A DNA stretch of 64,000 nucleotides from Eledone cirrhosa (lineage: Eukaryota), in assembly GCA_964016885.1 (NCBI GenBank), contig OZ024759.1, forward strand, positions 13,454,001 to 13,518,000, in the 5' to 3' direction. The notes under the pieces are model-generated. The model was not told the origin of the DNA, did not search any database, and was given only the letters and a program-made list of their open reading frames with translations. Below, one piece after another: positions 38,021-51,329 of the stretch; position 1 is the stretch's first letter; each line of letters starts with the position of its first letter. Both the position numbers and the translations under genes were made by a program.

Positions 38021-38672
38021 AGTGTAGATAGATAAAGAGATAGGGAGATAGAGAGATAGGGAGATAGAGAGATAGGGAGATAAAGAGATAGGGAGATAAA
38101 GAGATAGGGAGATAAAGAGATAGGGAGATAGGGAGATATGTGAAACAATGAATTCCCGAACCTATGAACTCAGTGTCTGATATCAGATATATGGTAATAG
38201 ATAAATTTGTAGAGTCTATTGTTTAATTAGGAGGATGTAGTGGTTGTTGTTGTAGTGGTGGTGGTGGGGTGGTGGTAGTGGTGGTTGTGGTTGTGGTGGT
38301 GGTGGTAGTGGTGGTGGTGGTAGTGGTGGTGGTGGTGGTGGTAGTGGTGGTGGTGGTAGTGGTGGTTGTGGTGGTGGTGGTGGTGGGTGGTGGTGGGTAG
38401 TGGCGATGAGGGGGGTAGTGGTGGTGGTGGTGGGGTGGTGGTGGAGGGAGTGTAGTTTTGTTGATGGTGGCGGTAGTAGTGGTGGTGGTAGTGATGATTG
38501 GAGTGGTGGTGAGGGCTGGAGTGATAATGATGGTGGTGGTTGTGATGATGGGAGTTATGATGGTGGTGATGATGGTGGTAGTTGTGATGATGATGATGAT
38601 GGTGATGATGTAAATAAGTAACAAAAACAAGATATTTTACAGCAGCAGTATTGGTCTTTGGTTTTTATTTAA

Positions 38673-38880
38673 CCTTTTAGCATTTCAACAGGCCATATCT
38701 GGCCAGAATTCTCTCACCTCTTTCTGTTCCAACCAGCTGTAACTGGCCACTCATACTGATGTTAAGGTATTGTTCTCAAAATAAATAATATCAAAATCTC
38801 ATAGATTTGATATTATGTGAGATAAAAGCTTTACTGTGAAAATACAATAGTAAATATAGAGTAATGTAAATGCTAAAGGG
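38673..38880 (+). mobile_element. piggyBac-type MITE, same family as 4571-4778
   Basis: TTAA flanks and TIR ...AAATGCTAAAGGG. Confidence 0.85.
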
Positions 38881-38889
38881 TTAAAGGAT

Positions 38890-39570
38890 TTTTATTACAT
38901 ATAAAATATATTGGATATATTTTATTACATATAAAATATATCTAGTATATTTATTACATATAAAATACATTGGATATATTTATTAAATATAAAATGTATG
39001 TTTATTGCATATAAAATATATTGGATATATTTTATATGTAATAAAATATATCCAATATATTTTCATATATTTAGTATATTTATTACATATAAAATACATT
39101 GGATATATTTTATTACATATAAAATATATCTAGTATATTTATTACATATAAAATACATTGGATATATTTATTAAATATAAAATGTATGTTTATTGCATAT
39201 GAAAATATATTGGATATATTTTATTACATATAAAATATATCCAATATATTTTCATATATTTAGTATATTTATTACATATAAAATACATTGGATATATTTT
39301 ATTACATATAAAATATATCTAGTATATTTATTACATATAAAATATATCTAGTATATTTATTACATATAAAATACATTGGATATATTTATTAAATATAAAA
39401 TGTATGTTTATTGCATATAAAATATATTGGATATATTTTATATGTAATAAAATATATCCAATATATTTTCATATATTTAGTATATTTATTACATATAAAA
39501 TACATTGGATATATTTTATTACATATAAAATATATCTAGTATATTTATTACATATAAAATATATTGGATT
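38890..39570. repeat. AT-rich ~30-bp tandem repeat with occasional inverted units
   Basis: TTTATTACATATAAAATA[T/C]ATTGGATATA units; local hairpins near 39015-39062. Confidence 0.85.
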
Positions 39571-39894
39571 CTGTTATATATGATGATGGAAAGGTCTGAT
39601 ACAATGTGGACCTAATTTGTTCTTTGTTATGAATTTATATTGATTTGTAAGGTAGGCTGAAAGCCACAATTTATATTGATTTGTAAGGTAGGCTGAAAGC
39701 CACAATTTATATTGATTTGTAAGGTAGGCTGAAAGCCACAATTTTATCAAACACTTCTTCGCCTACTTATTCCTGAGAGGGTCGTGTAGACAGAGACCTC
39801 AAACACTCCTTCCGTGTTTTATTAAAAATAGTTTAATCTCCCTGAAATCATATTTATAAACTAACAGCAGAATAAATAAAAGAACCCCAAGTAC

Positions 39895-40316
39895 CTATGA
39901 TCGTGAATATTGGGTAATGACTGAATGAATACAAGTGACTGAAATGGCGTTCCTCTGAAGGGTCTTCAAAGTAATATTACTTAATAGAGTTAATTAGCTT
40001 GGAGATCAGAGAGTTGCTCTAGGTAGAACTGCTACTTCTTTTGAATTGAGACATCACAACCCTGATATTACAGACATACGGTTACAATGTCTCAGGAAAG
40101 AATTGCTGGACAGATTTTACTGGCAAAAACCAACCAGCAGGAAATCCGGGGGTAGACCCCAAGCAAGATCAAACAAGATGGTTGGATTACATCCACGAGT
40201 TCTGCTGTTCTCGCTTGGGGATCAAACCGGATCAGTTGGAGATGGTTGCTTCTGACAGGAGTGTTTAAGGAGTTTGGCTCCAAGACCATCTCAAGAATAA
40301 GTGTGCGAAGAAGAAG
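39895..40316 (+). mobile_element. Decayed RTE LINE 3' fragment
   Basis: Homologous to 17864-18270; GAAGAAGAAG tail. An oppositely oriented tail piece lies at 39755-39812. Confidence 0.75.
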
Positions 40317-40554
40317 AATGACATATTAGAGAAATGAAGTCGCTATATACATTATGCTTGATTAAATAACAGAATAGTCATGGATGGAACAGATTTGATC
40401 ATAGATTAGCTCTGATTGAGCTGGCTTGTGTGTGTGGGGTGGGTGGGGGTGGGGGGTGTATGTCTAAAAAAAACCAGTATATTGCACACAGAGTATATAT
40501 ATCATCATCAGCATGCTGTTTAACCCATATGATGTAAAGTATACAATAAATGAT

Positions 40555-40587
<33 letters not shown>

Positions 40588-41078
40588 CACACATGTATAC
40601 AGTCCACACTGTAAAGTGATCGTGTAGGTGTCATGACAAAAAGCACCCAGTACTCACTGTAAACATGATTAGTGTTAGGAAGGGCATCCAGCCAAAAATC
40701 AGTTCAGCATGAATAAGACGTGGTCACCTGAACTGGCAATGCCCACAACAGGACAACTTGTCTAACCCATGCTAGTGTGGAAAATGGATACAAAACAGTG
40801 ATGATGATGACATGTATATGATGTGCTACACAAGATATTAATTAACATATGAGACAATTGGTCAAAGCTGATAGAATTGTTCATTTCATATCTATATACA
40901 CACTATAGCATGTGTAAATAGATATATATAACAAATGTTTTATATACGATATATCATATATATATATATATATATTATATATTATATATATATATATATA
41001 GATATATATAATATATAGATATAGATAATACTGAACATTTCATAGATAATTAAAGAAACATATATGTAAACAAAACAA

Positions 41079-41125
<47 letters not shown>

Positions 41126-42431
41126 GTTTCTACTTTAGGCACAAAGCCAACAATTTTTGAGGAGGGGAAGGCCGATTAAATCGACCCTAGTTCATTACTG
41201 GTACTTTATTTTATCAACCCTGTAAGGATGAAAGACAAAGCTAACCTCAGCGGGATTTGAACATAGAACGTAAAGGGGCGTATTTATATGCCACAAAGCA
41301 TTTTGTCCAACATATATATTAAATATATATATTATATATATATTTAATACAAAGGGTAAAGATCCCTTTTGATCACAAGTGACCATGGGATTTGCACCTA
41401 TTAAGTTGCTCTTCAAGGCACAAGTCTGGCAAGGTTGTTTATGGAAGACCAGTAGTCTCCCGTGCATGCCAGTCTCTCTTCTCCAACGATGTTGTCCAAG
41501 GAAACGGCAATGGCTGATACAGCTTGGCACCAGTGACGTGACAACTCATTTCTACAGCTGAGTAAACTGGAGCAACATGAAATAAAGTGTCTTGCTCAAG
41601 AACACAACGCAAACCTCGGTCTGAGAATCAAACTCACAACCTTGCGATTGTAAGCCTGACATTCTAACCACTAAGCCATGTGCCTTCACATATATTTGTT
41701 ATATATATATATATTATATATATATTATATATATGATATATATGATACATATATAAATATCATATATATTATTTATATACATCATAAATGTTATATATAT
41801 ATATATCATATTTATGTGTATATATTATTTATATATAAATATATATAATATATATATATATATCATCATCATCATTTTACGTCCGCTTTTCCCTGCTTGC
41901 AAGGGTTGGACGGGTCCTATTCAGCACAGCATCTCTAATATATATATATATATTAACCCATGCTAGCATGAAAGAATGGATGATATATATATATATATAT
42001 ATATATATAGGCATTTAATATTTTAAAATTTATCTATATTTGGTGAAAACTCACTTTTCATAAAATTTGTTCATATTTCCATAAATTAATTAAATATTTT
42101 GATTAGAAATTTTCTTGTATAATATAATATTTTTGTTATTGCATTGCACAGCCCATAGAATTGAATAATATGGAAACATACATATATATATATGTATTAT
42201 TTGTGTGTATATATATATAGAAATATATATATATATATATATAGAAGTAGTTCCACAACAGTTATTACATTATTTCCGAGGACAATTTGTTTCACCTCAA
42301 ACAGATTATCAGATAACACGGAAAAGGAAGATGATGGCAGGTGCCATCGTGGAACTACTTCTACCTAACTCGTCTCATGGATTGAGTGCTCTACTACTGC
42401 GGATATAACCCACCAGTGTTCTACTATTATA

Positions 42432-42479
<48 letters not shown>

Positions 42480-43046
42480 CATACAGACACATACGATCAA
42501 ACAAAGACCTTCTGGACACATCTACTATTTGTCTGTCGATACATACATCTAACCATCCAACCAACCATCCATCTAACCATCCATACAACCAACCATCCAT
42601 CCATATAACCACCCAACCATTCACCCATCAGTCCAGCTCACCATTACACCAACAACAACACAAATTGGTTGACTTTTTTTAGACAGATATCCATCCTACC
42701 ACTACACCAACCCGCCATCCCACCACTACACCACCCCACCGCCACCACTACACCCCACCCCACCACTACACCCCTACATCACCTCCCCATTCCACTACCA
42801 CATCAATCCCACCATCCCGCTACACCATACCCCCACTACACCCCCCCATCCCACCACTACCCCCCTCATCCCACCACTATGAAGACACACATCAATCCCG
42901 CTGTCCATCCCACCACTATACCCCCCACTACACCCCCCCCCCATCACACCACTATCAAGACACACATCAATCCAGCTGTCCATCCCCCCACTACACCCCC
43001 ATCCCACCACTACACCCCCCCCATCACACCACTATCAAGACACACT

Positions 43047-43214
43047 TCAATCCAGCTGTTTCATACAACTGTCCAGTTCCTTCTCCAGTTGTTTCATGAC
43101 ACGTTGACAGCGAAACAGCAATAATCCATCTGGAATCATCTGTTGTAGTATCTGGATGATACAGTCGGCTTTGTTTAGGATTTCAGATGGTTGGCTGAAC
43201 ACCAGCAGGTATTC
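43047..43214 (-). CDS. AP5S1: AP-5 complex subunit sigma-1, coding exon 2
   Basis: TTCAG acceptor in phase 0. EYLLVFSQPSEILNKADCIIQILQQMIPDGLLLF...KQLEKEL* matches the AP5S1 C-terminus (LLRADRIEGILTRFLPHGQLLF...LEKEF). Confidence 0.9.
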   Translation of the reverse strand, partial: EYLLVFSQPSEILNKADCIIQILQQMIPDGLLLFRCQRVMKQLEKELDSCMKQLD

Positions 43215-43705
43215 CTGAAGTAGAGAACACATCAACATCAGCATCAACAACACCAACAACATCATCAACACCACCACCAACATCATCAACACCACCAACA
43301 CCACCAACACCAACAACACCAACACCACCAACACCAACACCAACAACACCAATACCACCAACACCAACACCACCACCACCAACATCATCAACATCAACAA
43401 CAACACCAACAACACCAACACCAACAACACCAACACCACCACCAACATCAACATCATCATCATTAACAACAACAACAACAACAACAACACCATCATCATC
43501 ATTATCAACAACACCATCATCAACACCAACAACATCATCATCATTATCAACAACACCAACACCACCAACAACAACAACAACAACACCATCATCATCATTA
43601 TCAACAACACCATCATCAACACCAACAACATCATCATTATGTTATTGATAATATAGAATATAGGAAGAGAAAGGCAAGGGGTTGATAGTGTAAAATTACA
43701 CACAC

Positions 43706-44150
43706 ATGTACACCAGGTCCAAACACAGAGGAACCAGACTCCCACTATCATGGCCTCCATCTCTCATGTACACCAGGTCTGAACACAGAGGAACCAGACT
43801 CCCACTGTCATCACTTCCATCTCTCCCGCTCTCCCCATCTCTCATGTACACCAGGTCTGAACACAGAGGAACCAGACTCCCACTGTCATGGCCTCCATCT
43901 CTCCCGCTCTCCCCATCTCTCATGTACACCAGGTCCGAACACAAAGGAACCAGACTCCCACTGTCATCACCTCCATCTCTCCTGCTCTCCCCATCTCTCA
44001 TGTACACCAGGTCCGAACACAAAGGAACCAAACTCCCACTGTCATCACCTCCATCTCTCCTGCTCTCCCCATCTCTTATATACACCAGGTCCGAACACAG
44101 AGGAACCAAACTCCCACTCTCATCACCTCCATCTCTCTCGACCTCCCCAT
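43706..44150. repeat. 78-bp minisatellite in the AP5S1 intron, ~6 copies
   Basis: Units start at 43765, 43843, 43921, 43999 and 44077. Confidence 0.9.
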
Positions 44151-44687
44151 CTCTCACTATGGGGTCCCACACGCTGGCCGCTCCATGGAGGATGGTGAGG
44201 GAGATATGAGGCGGTGCTGGTTGAACTGGCGCGCTAGTCTGTCTGAGGCCAGGTTGCACTCATCAACACCACCAACATCATTAATAAGAACACCAACAAC
44301 ATCATCAACAACATTTATTATCATCATCATCAACAACAACAATTATTTCTAGTCCAACAATCTGGGGGAAGGGAAAGTCGATTAAATCAACCCCAGTGCA
44401 TTACTGCTACTTTATTTTATCAACCCTGTAAGGATGAAAGGCAAAGCTAACCTCTGCGAGATTTGAACTCAGAACGTAAAGGGCCGTAACTATATGCCAC
44501 AAAGCATGGTGTCCGACGCTCTACAGACACACCACGTTACTTATAATTACGAGGTGTCAAGCAAATGTTGGTTCAGTGTAAGTTGATAATTGTCAGGTTC
44601 TTGACCCCAGGAAATAGTTAAATAAGAGACGAAAAATGTGGATAGTATTACTCGTGGATATGAGTGAGTTCATGTCCTGTATGTATG

Positions 44688-44720
<33 letters not shown>

Positions 44721-45128
44721 TGTGTATTCATTTTATTAAGGCTAAATGGTGAGTGTTGTTACCCCGGAGTTTCGCCTGTTTATCACAGGGTCATCTGATG
44801 ATTATATGATAAACAGGCGAAACTCCGGGGTAACAAGACTCTACTTAGTCTTAATATAAACTCTACTTCGGTATTGAGTACTTTCTTTCAGCCGTCAACA
44901 ACATGCGGATATATGTGTCTGCGTGCGTGTGAGTGATGGTATGTTTGTTTTTTAATCTTGAACTCCGCCCCCTGTGTGTCTGTGTATAATCACACGACAG
45001 GCACAGATTCTACACCCAATCAACATATATACACTCACTATATTTGCGCAGTCACGCGATAAATACATACTACATCCACAAACACTATATAGACACTGTG
45101 TTTAAGATACCGATTCTTCAACCAGTAA

Positions 45129-45223
<95 letters not shown>

Positions 45224-45297
45224 GATTCCCGAATCATGTGGGCGGCTAATCACAGTTAAAAAAGGCACTCAGTATATTGGTAGAGTATAGGCACATT

Positions 45298-45394
<97 letters not shown>

Positions 45395-46217
45395 ATTAAC
45401 TTCTACGGGACTAGAACTGTTTCATTTGTATGGAATCATCGCGCGCGCGTGTGTGTAAGCGAGATGCGGACCCTCGGCCCATCTCCGCTTGACACCTTGT
45501 CCAACCCATGCTAGCAGGGAAAACAGACGTTAAATGATGACAATGATGATAGTGGCACTCACACACTGTAAATAGAGTCATACAGTAGAAAAGGAAGAAC
45601 GGCAGACAGACAAATAGATAGATAGAAAGTATGTATTAATTAAATAAAGAGAATCTATGTGGATTGTCGTGGTTGGCCTCACAGACTAACCAGAGTTGGC
45701 CTCACAGACTAAACAATAACAACAACTATAATAATAGTAATGACATCAACAACAACCTCGCCACCACCACCACCATTAACAATACTAACACCATCAACAA
45801 CACTAACACCACCAACCCCACTATCAACAACATTAAAAATCGCCACCACCACTATCACCAATTGCCTCGCCACTACCATCAGCACCACTAACACCACTAC
45901 TAACAACAACACCAACATCATCACCACCAACACCACTACTAACAACAACACAAACATCACCACCATCAACACCACTACTAACATCACCACCAACACCACC
46001 ACCATCAACAACACTAGCATCACCACCATCAACAACAACACTAAGACCACCATTAACAACAACAACACCAACTCCACTATCAACAACATTAACAACACCA
46101 CCAACAACAATATTATCCAGAGATAGATAGATGAAGAGAACGAGAGAGAGGGGGGAGGGAGTGTAATAATAATATTAAAATGAAGGACCTCCATTATTGT
46201 CCTCCTTCTTTTCCTAC

Positions 46218-46646
46218 CTGAAGATATCGAACGATATGTTTCAATATGACTTCGGCAATTAATCGATTCTCGGTTTTATCGCAGACTAAACTGAAAGCCA
46301 GGGTTCCAGCTCCGTACCATACGATGACCTTCTCGTCAGCATACGGAGCACGTTCTGACAGACTGAGCAACCCACATTCCAGCTCTGGTAAACCAAGGCC
46401 ATTATCAATATTGGTAGCTCTGGCCAGGTCTTCATCTAATGTCCGCCCCGATACACTTCTCCGAAATTGGTATTCTCCATGTACCACATCTGCCACGTAC
46501 TGCCACTGAGCTTGTCTAACACAGTGCCATAAATTCCCCGATTCCTTGATTTCGTACGAAGTCAGAGGATCCTGTCGGAAAGTCGACGAATGTAAAACAA
46601 GACTGGAACCTGGTAGAAGAGTGTGAATAATGAAGGCATAAACCAT
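46218..46646 (-). CDS. AP5S1: AP-5 complex subunit sigma-1, coding exon 1
   Basis: MVYAFIIHTL start and VIVWYGAGTLAFSLVCDKTENRLIAE match AP5S1 (MVHAFLIHTL; VVWLGVLSLGFALVLDAHENLLLAE). CAG|GTAGGA donor; spliced product 198 aa. Confidence 0.92.
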
Positions 46647-47727
46647 AGCTGTCTGCTCGAAGGCTCTTGTTTAAATCGAACAACCGGTGTACATTTAAAC
46701 GTTTCCCCTCTTGGCCATTAACCTGTGAACTGCCGTCTGCTCGAGTTTCTTGTATTATAAAATACCGGTGAATACTGAAATATATCCCTCTTGATATATT
46801 TTTTTTTACCATCGGATATTCTGATATTTCCAAATTTCATAGGCGATACACCGTTCCCACCAGCGCCGTATATTATTACTGGCATCGGATATCATCATCA
46901 TCATCATCATATATATATATATATAAGTGTGTGTGTGTGTGTGTATATATATATATCATCATCATCACCGTTTTACGTCCGTTCTTCCACGCTAGCATGG
47001 GTTAGACGGGTTGTCCTGTTGTGGGCAGTGTCTGGTCGGCTGACCATGCCTTGCTCATACGGGAACTGATGTGGCTTGATTTCTACAGCTGGATGCCCTT
47101 CCTAACACCAACCTCATTTACAGTGAGTGCTGGGTGCTTTTTCGTGGCGCCTACACGTCCACTTTACAGTGTGGGCTGGGTGCTTTTTTGCCATGGCACC
47201 TCCACGACCACCTTGCGGTGGGTGGTGTGGGGGCATATTGTCTATATGCTTCAGCTTGTACCCATGGGAGGTCGGGTACTCTGTATTACTGCGTGACGCC
47301 AGAGGTCACAGTCGTGTGTCATTGCCTTTGAGAAGTGTAATTGGGTAAGGTCGGCTTTTATCACCTCATCCCAGGTCATCTTGGGTCTCCCCACTCCGCG
47401 GTTTCCATCGACTCATATATATATATATATATTTAATTAGAAAGTGAACAACACAATATATAACTACTCCATTACCAAAGGTTTCAGGACCCTAGACAAT
47501 ATTAACATATGTCTAAGGTCTTGAAACCTTTTGTAATGGAGTAGTTATATTTTGTGTTGTTCACTTTCTAATTAAATAGCTCTGTTTTATACATAGAGCA
47601 CTCTTTTTTCCTTTGCCGTTTCTTCGGAAATACTGAACATATATATATATCTTCTGAGTTTCAGAAGATCCCGTTAAGGGTGAAAGCAGTGATTTTTTGC
47701 TTAAACTTTAATCTGTTATTTTAATAA

Positions 47728-47759
<32 letters not shown>

Positions 47760-47819
47760 GTGAGGTTTTTTTTACAAAATGAAAAATAACCGAGGTGTCC
47801 TACACGAGTGAAAGTATAA

Positions 47820-48095
47820 AGAAAAAGGGATGAAATCGAAAATGCAACTGGAGTCTTATTTTTTTTTAAAATATATATATTTATTTGGTTCCTTTACCGG
47901 TTTCGCAGTTCTTCTGCTTTTCAAAAGGTGAGTTGAGATGGAGGGTCTGTGGTTGAGAAAAACCACAGACCCTCCATCTCAACTCACCTTTTGAAAAGCA
48001 GAAGAACTGCGAAACCGGTAAAGGAACCAAATAAATATATATATTTAAAAAAAAAATAAGACTCCAGTTGCATTTTCGATTTCATCTCTTTTTCT
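47820..48095. mobile_element. Palindromic Penelope-like pLTR remnant with two degenerate hammerheads
   Basis: ~135-bp arms around a 6-nt loop. CCTT-TTGAAAA-GCAG-AAGAA-CTGC-GAAA-CCGG-TA-AAGG at 47987-48024, mirrored at 47891-47928. Confidence 0.65.
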
Positions 48096-48674
48096 ATATA
48101 CATATATATATATACAAATATAAATTCAGCGAGAATCGCATTTTGGCGGGTAGAAATAGCGAAACAAAACACAAAAATCAGAAATAATGCTGGCAAGCAC
48201 TCCATAGTTAAAAAAACAGAGCTAAACGATATGTTAAAACGCCATACAAAACGGAAAAAGTGGTCAAGAAAGCGTCAACCACCTAAGCCAAAAAGCAAAT
48301 CAAGCTAAACAGGTAAAAATAAAATATATATATAAAATAAATGGATATGATTCCAGTTCCTCAGAGAAATAACAACCCAACCAGGAACTGGGAATATTGG
48401 AGTATTGACGGAGTTAAACACTTCAACAACATGTGTACCTGTCTCTACCACACCAATTTGGACTGCCTGAAGAGGTCACAGCCAAAGTTGGCTGTCACCG
48501 AAATATATATAGCAGTAATATACGAAGCCAAATTTTAAATATTTGACTTATTTATTTTATTTTACATTACTCCGGAGTAACCAAACCAACTTGAGCACTT
48601 CGTCGAGTGCTCCAATCTGCATACCGAGGTGTCGGTATACAACCAACATATACTAAAAATTTATATATAAACAA

Positions 48675-48980
48675 CACATCACCTGGTCTGTGAGTTCAAT
48701 TCTCGGACCGGGTGATGTGTTGTTTCCTTGAGCAAGAGACTTTATTTCACATTGCTCCAGTTTACTCAGCTGTAGAAATGAGATGATAGGGACTGGGGTC
48801 CCTATCATTCCACTGCAAAGTGGTTGTGGAGGCGCCACGGCAAAAAAGCACCCAGCACTCACTGTAAATGAGGTTGGTGTTAGGAAGGGCATCCAGCTGT
48901 AGAAATCAAGCCAGAATCAGTTCCCGTCCCACCCTTGCAAGCAGGGAAAAGCGGACGTAAAATGAAATGATGATGATGAA
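48675..48980 (+). mobile_element. tRNA-derived SINE, 5'-truncated
   Basis: B box, core and the tail CCCGTCCCACCCTTGCAAGCAGGGAAAAGCGGACGTAAAATG. Confidence 0.85.
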
Positions 48981-49362
48981 ATAAATGGATGGATGTATAA
49001 AGGAAGAATATTTGATGCTCCTGTATTTGTATTTACTCTCCCCTTCCTTTTAATTTCCAAACACATTCCCTTTCTTTTGTCATTATTTCTTCTTTTTTTT
49101 TTTTATATATTTCTTCCTCTATACATCCATCCATTTATTTATTTTTATTCAGTTAAATATTTATGTATTTATTTTTTTTTCTTGCCTTCCTCCTCTTTAC
49201 ACCCTCTCTTATATCTCTAATTTGCTCCACGTCCTTTTCTTCTTTAAATTTATCATATTATTATGTGTGATATATAAATGTTGAGATTTGATGAAATAAA
49301 TCACTGCCAATACAGGAATTGAAATATCAAGACTGTAGAGGTATGTCATATATCAAATCATA

Positions 49363-49427
49363 TATTTTATCTGACGAGGACGTACTGAAAAAACAACACA
49401 GTACCTTCGAAATATATATATAATAAA
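49363..49427 (+). ncRNA. Minimal type-I hammerhead motif, same family as 8168-8228
   Basis: TTTAT-CTGACGA-GGACGTACTG-loop-CAGTACCTTC-GAAA-TATATATA-TA-ATAAA. Confidence 0.75.
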
Positions 49428-49695
49428 GCATATATTTTGATTATGGGAATATCTTCATTTGTTAATATTTTGAATAATATTAAAAACTCCAGGAAAACTT
49501 TGCTGCTGAGTGATTTTAATCTATTGTAAAACTGTATTCATTGAGTAATCAATGAACCATATTAATCTTTGGTCATATATATATATATATATATATATAG
49601 TTTAATAAATGAACAAAGAACAAAAATCAGAGAGGCAGTACAAATCATATTATTAGTTTCACGCTTAGAGAATCATCGGAATATATTATACACAT

Positions 49696-49733
<38 letters not shown>

Positions 49734-49903
49734 ATATATATATATAGATAGATAAATATACACGGGTGTGTATGATTGTGTATAGAAGATTATATTAATA
49801 AGAGGAATTCCAACTTTATCTGATTTACTCGTTTTATTTACAATCCTTTATAATGGTATTATAATGAAATAGTATGATAGAATATTAAATTCTAAGTGTT
49901 AAA

Positions 49904-49942
49904 TGAACAAGTACTTTCATGCTTTCGCAATCTTCAGGTTCA
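49904..49942 (-). ncRNA. 39-nt minimal hammerhead motif (inverted partner)
   Basis: Exact reverse complement of 50005-50043. Confidence 0.7.
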
Positions 49943-50004
49943 TAATATGTGGTGACAGTCAAGTTTGCAATTTTCAACTGTGACTTGATTGTCACCACAT
50001 ATTA

Positions 50005-50043
50005 TGAACCTGAAGATTGCGAAAGCATGAAAGTACTTGTTCA
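50005..50043 (+). ncRNA. 39-nt minimal hammerhead motif
   Basis: TGAAC-CTGAAGA-T-TGC-GAAA-GCA-T-GAAA-GTAC-TT-GTTCA. Confidence 0.7.
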
Positions 50044-50099
50044 ATTTTAAAGGATTGTAAATAAAACGAGTAAATCAGACAAAGTTGGAATTCCTCTTA

Positions 50100-50154
<55 letters not shown>

Positions 50155-50399
50155 TTATATGTATATTTATATGTGTGTATAATATACTCTGATGATTCTG
50201 GGTTGTGCTTGGATGAAATGATTGCAAGTGATTAAATGTTCTAAACACTCTTTGATTGTTATCTATAAAGTATTTCAGCTCTGTAATATACTTGTTATTT
50301 TACATTGAGTTATTCTCATACTTGTAACTGGATAATATTTAATATTACCCACATTTTATATATATGTGTATACATATATATATATACATATATATATAC

Positions 50400-50432
<33 letters not shown>

Positions 50433-50437
50433 CATTC

Positions 50438-50470
<33 letters not shown>

Positions 50471-50478
50471 TATATACA

Positions 50479-50568
<90 letters not shown>

Positions 50569-50611
50569 CATATATATATACATACATATATATATACATA
50601 CATATATATAC

Positions 50612-51220
50612 ATGGTGGCTGCCAACTCGTTTTCGAGTATGCCCACTACTTTATATCCGTGTAGGAGAACCCCTACCGATGCGCTGAGCGAGTGTGACTT
50701 TTTAGTTCAACCAGCGACTTGAAAACTCTGGTACAAACACTACACTTGTGACAATTACTGACACATAGTGCTGGGCCCATGGTACCATGTGACGACGAGT
50801 GCAGAGAGATCTCCAGATAAAAGCATTGCCTGTGCCGTGAAGCTTTTATAGTGAGCAAAGGCACTGCACAAAGCCAGTCCCACTCTCTTAACCAAGATGA
50901 TATTTACCAAAAAGAAGAACAAGTCAACATCATTGGATACCATCAGGGTTGCAGGTGTTATATCAGAGTTTTCCTTCTCCTAGAATTCTGCCTTGACAAA
51001 GGCTAAGGGGTCATCTCTCCCGGTGATTTTGGATGGCCATTGACTCTTAAGAGCTATTTGCCCTTTGACAGGTTTTGTTTTTAGTCCTGCAGGATGTCCA
51101 AAGTCACCCTCCTCACCAAGAAACCTTGGTGGGGTTGCCAGTTTAGTCGCCAACGACCCGACCATGAGACAGGTTGTACTGGGATACATGTTACCAGTAG
51201 CACCAACTGGTGACCTGACA
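50612..51220 (-). mobile_element. Internally deleted RTE (BovB-like) element
   Basis: C-terminal C2H2 finger [23 protein letters not shown] with a short UTR, joined to non-coding 5'-like sequence. Confidence 0.5.
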
Positions 51221-51250
51221 TAATATATATACATACATATATATATATAT

Positions 51251-51327
<77 letters not shown>

Positions 51328-51329
<2 letters not shown>

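Noticed and set aside
42273-42324. Further hammerhead-like remnants (also ~17065, ~45410, ~47662, ~49660, ~50189, ~62735)
   Set aside because: Core or stems are too degenerate to call by eye in AT-rich DNA; worth rescoring with a covariance model.
44158-44240. Possible extra in-frame AP5S1 exon (TSAPVQ...WDPI|GTGAGA)
   Set aside because: Weak acceptor, and exons 1 and 2 already join into a full-length co-linear AP5S1. More likely a retroelement scrap.
48120-48175. E2F-like TTTGGCGGG in a CpG-containing patch as the AP5S1 promoter
   Set aside because: A single short motif about 1.5 kb from the start codon; no TSS evidence.
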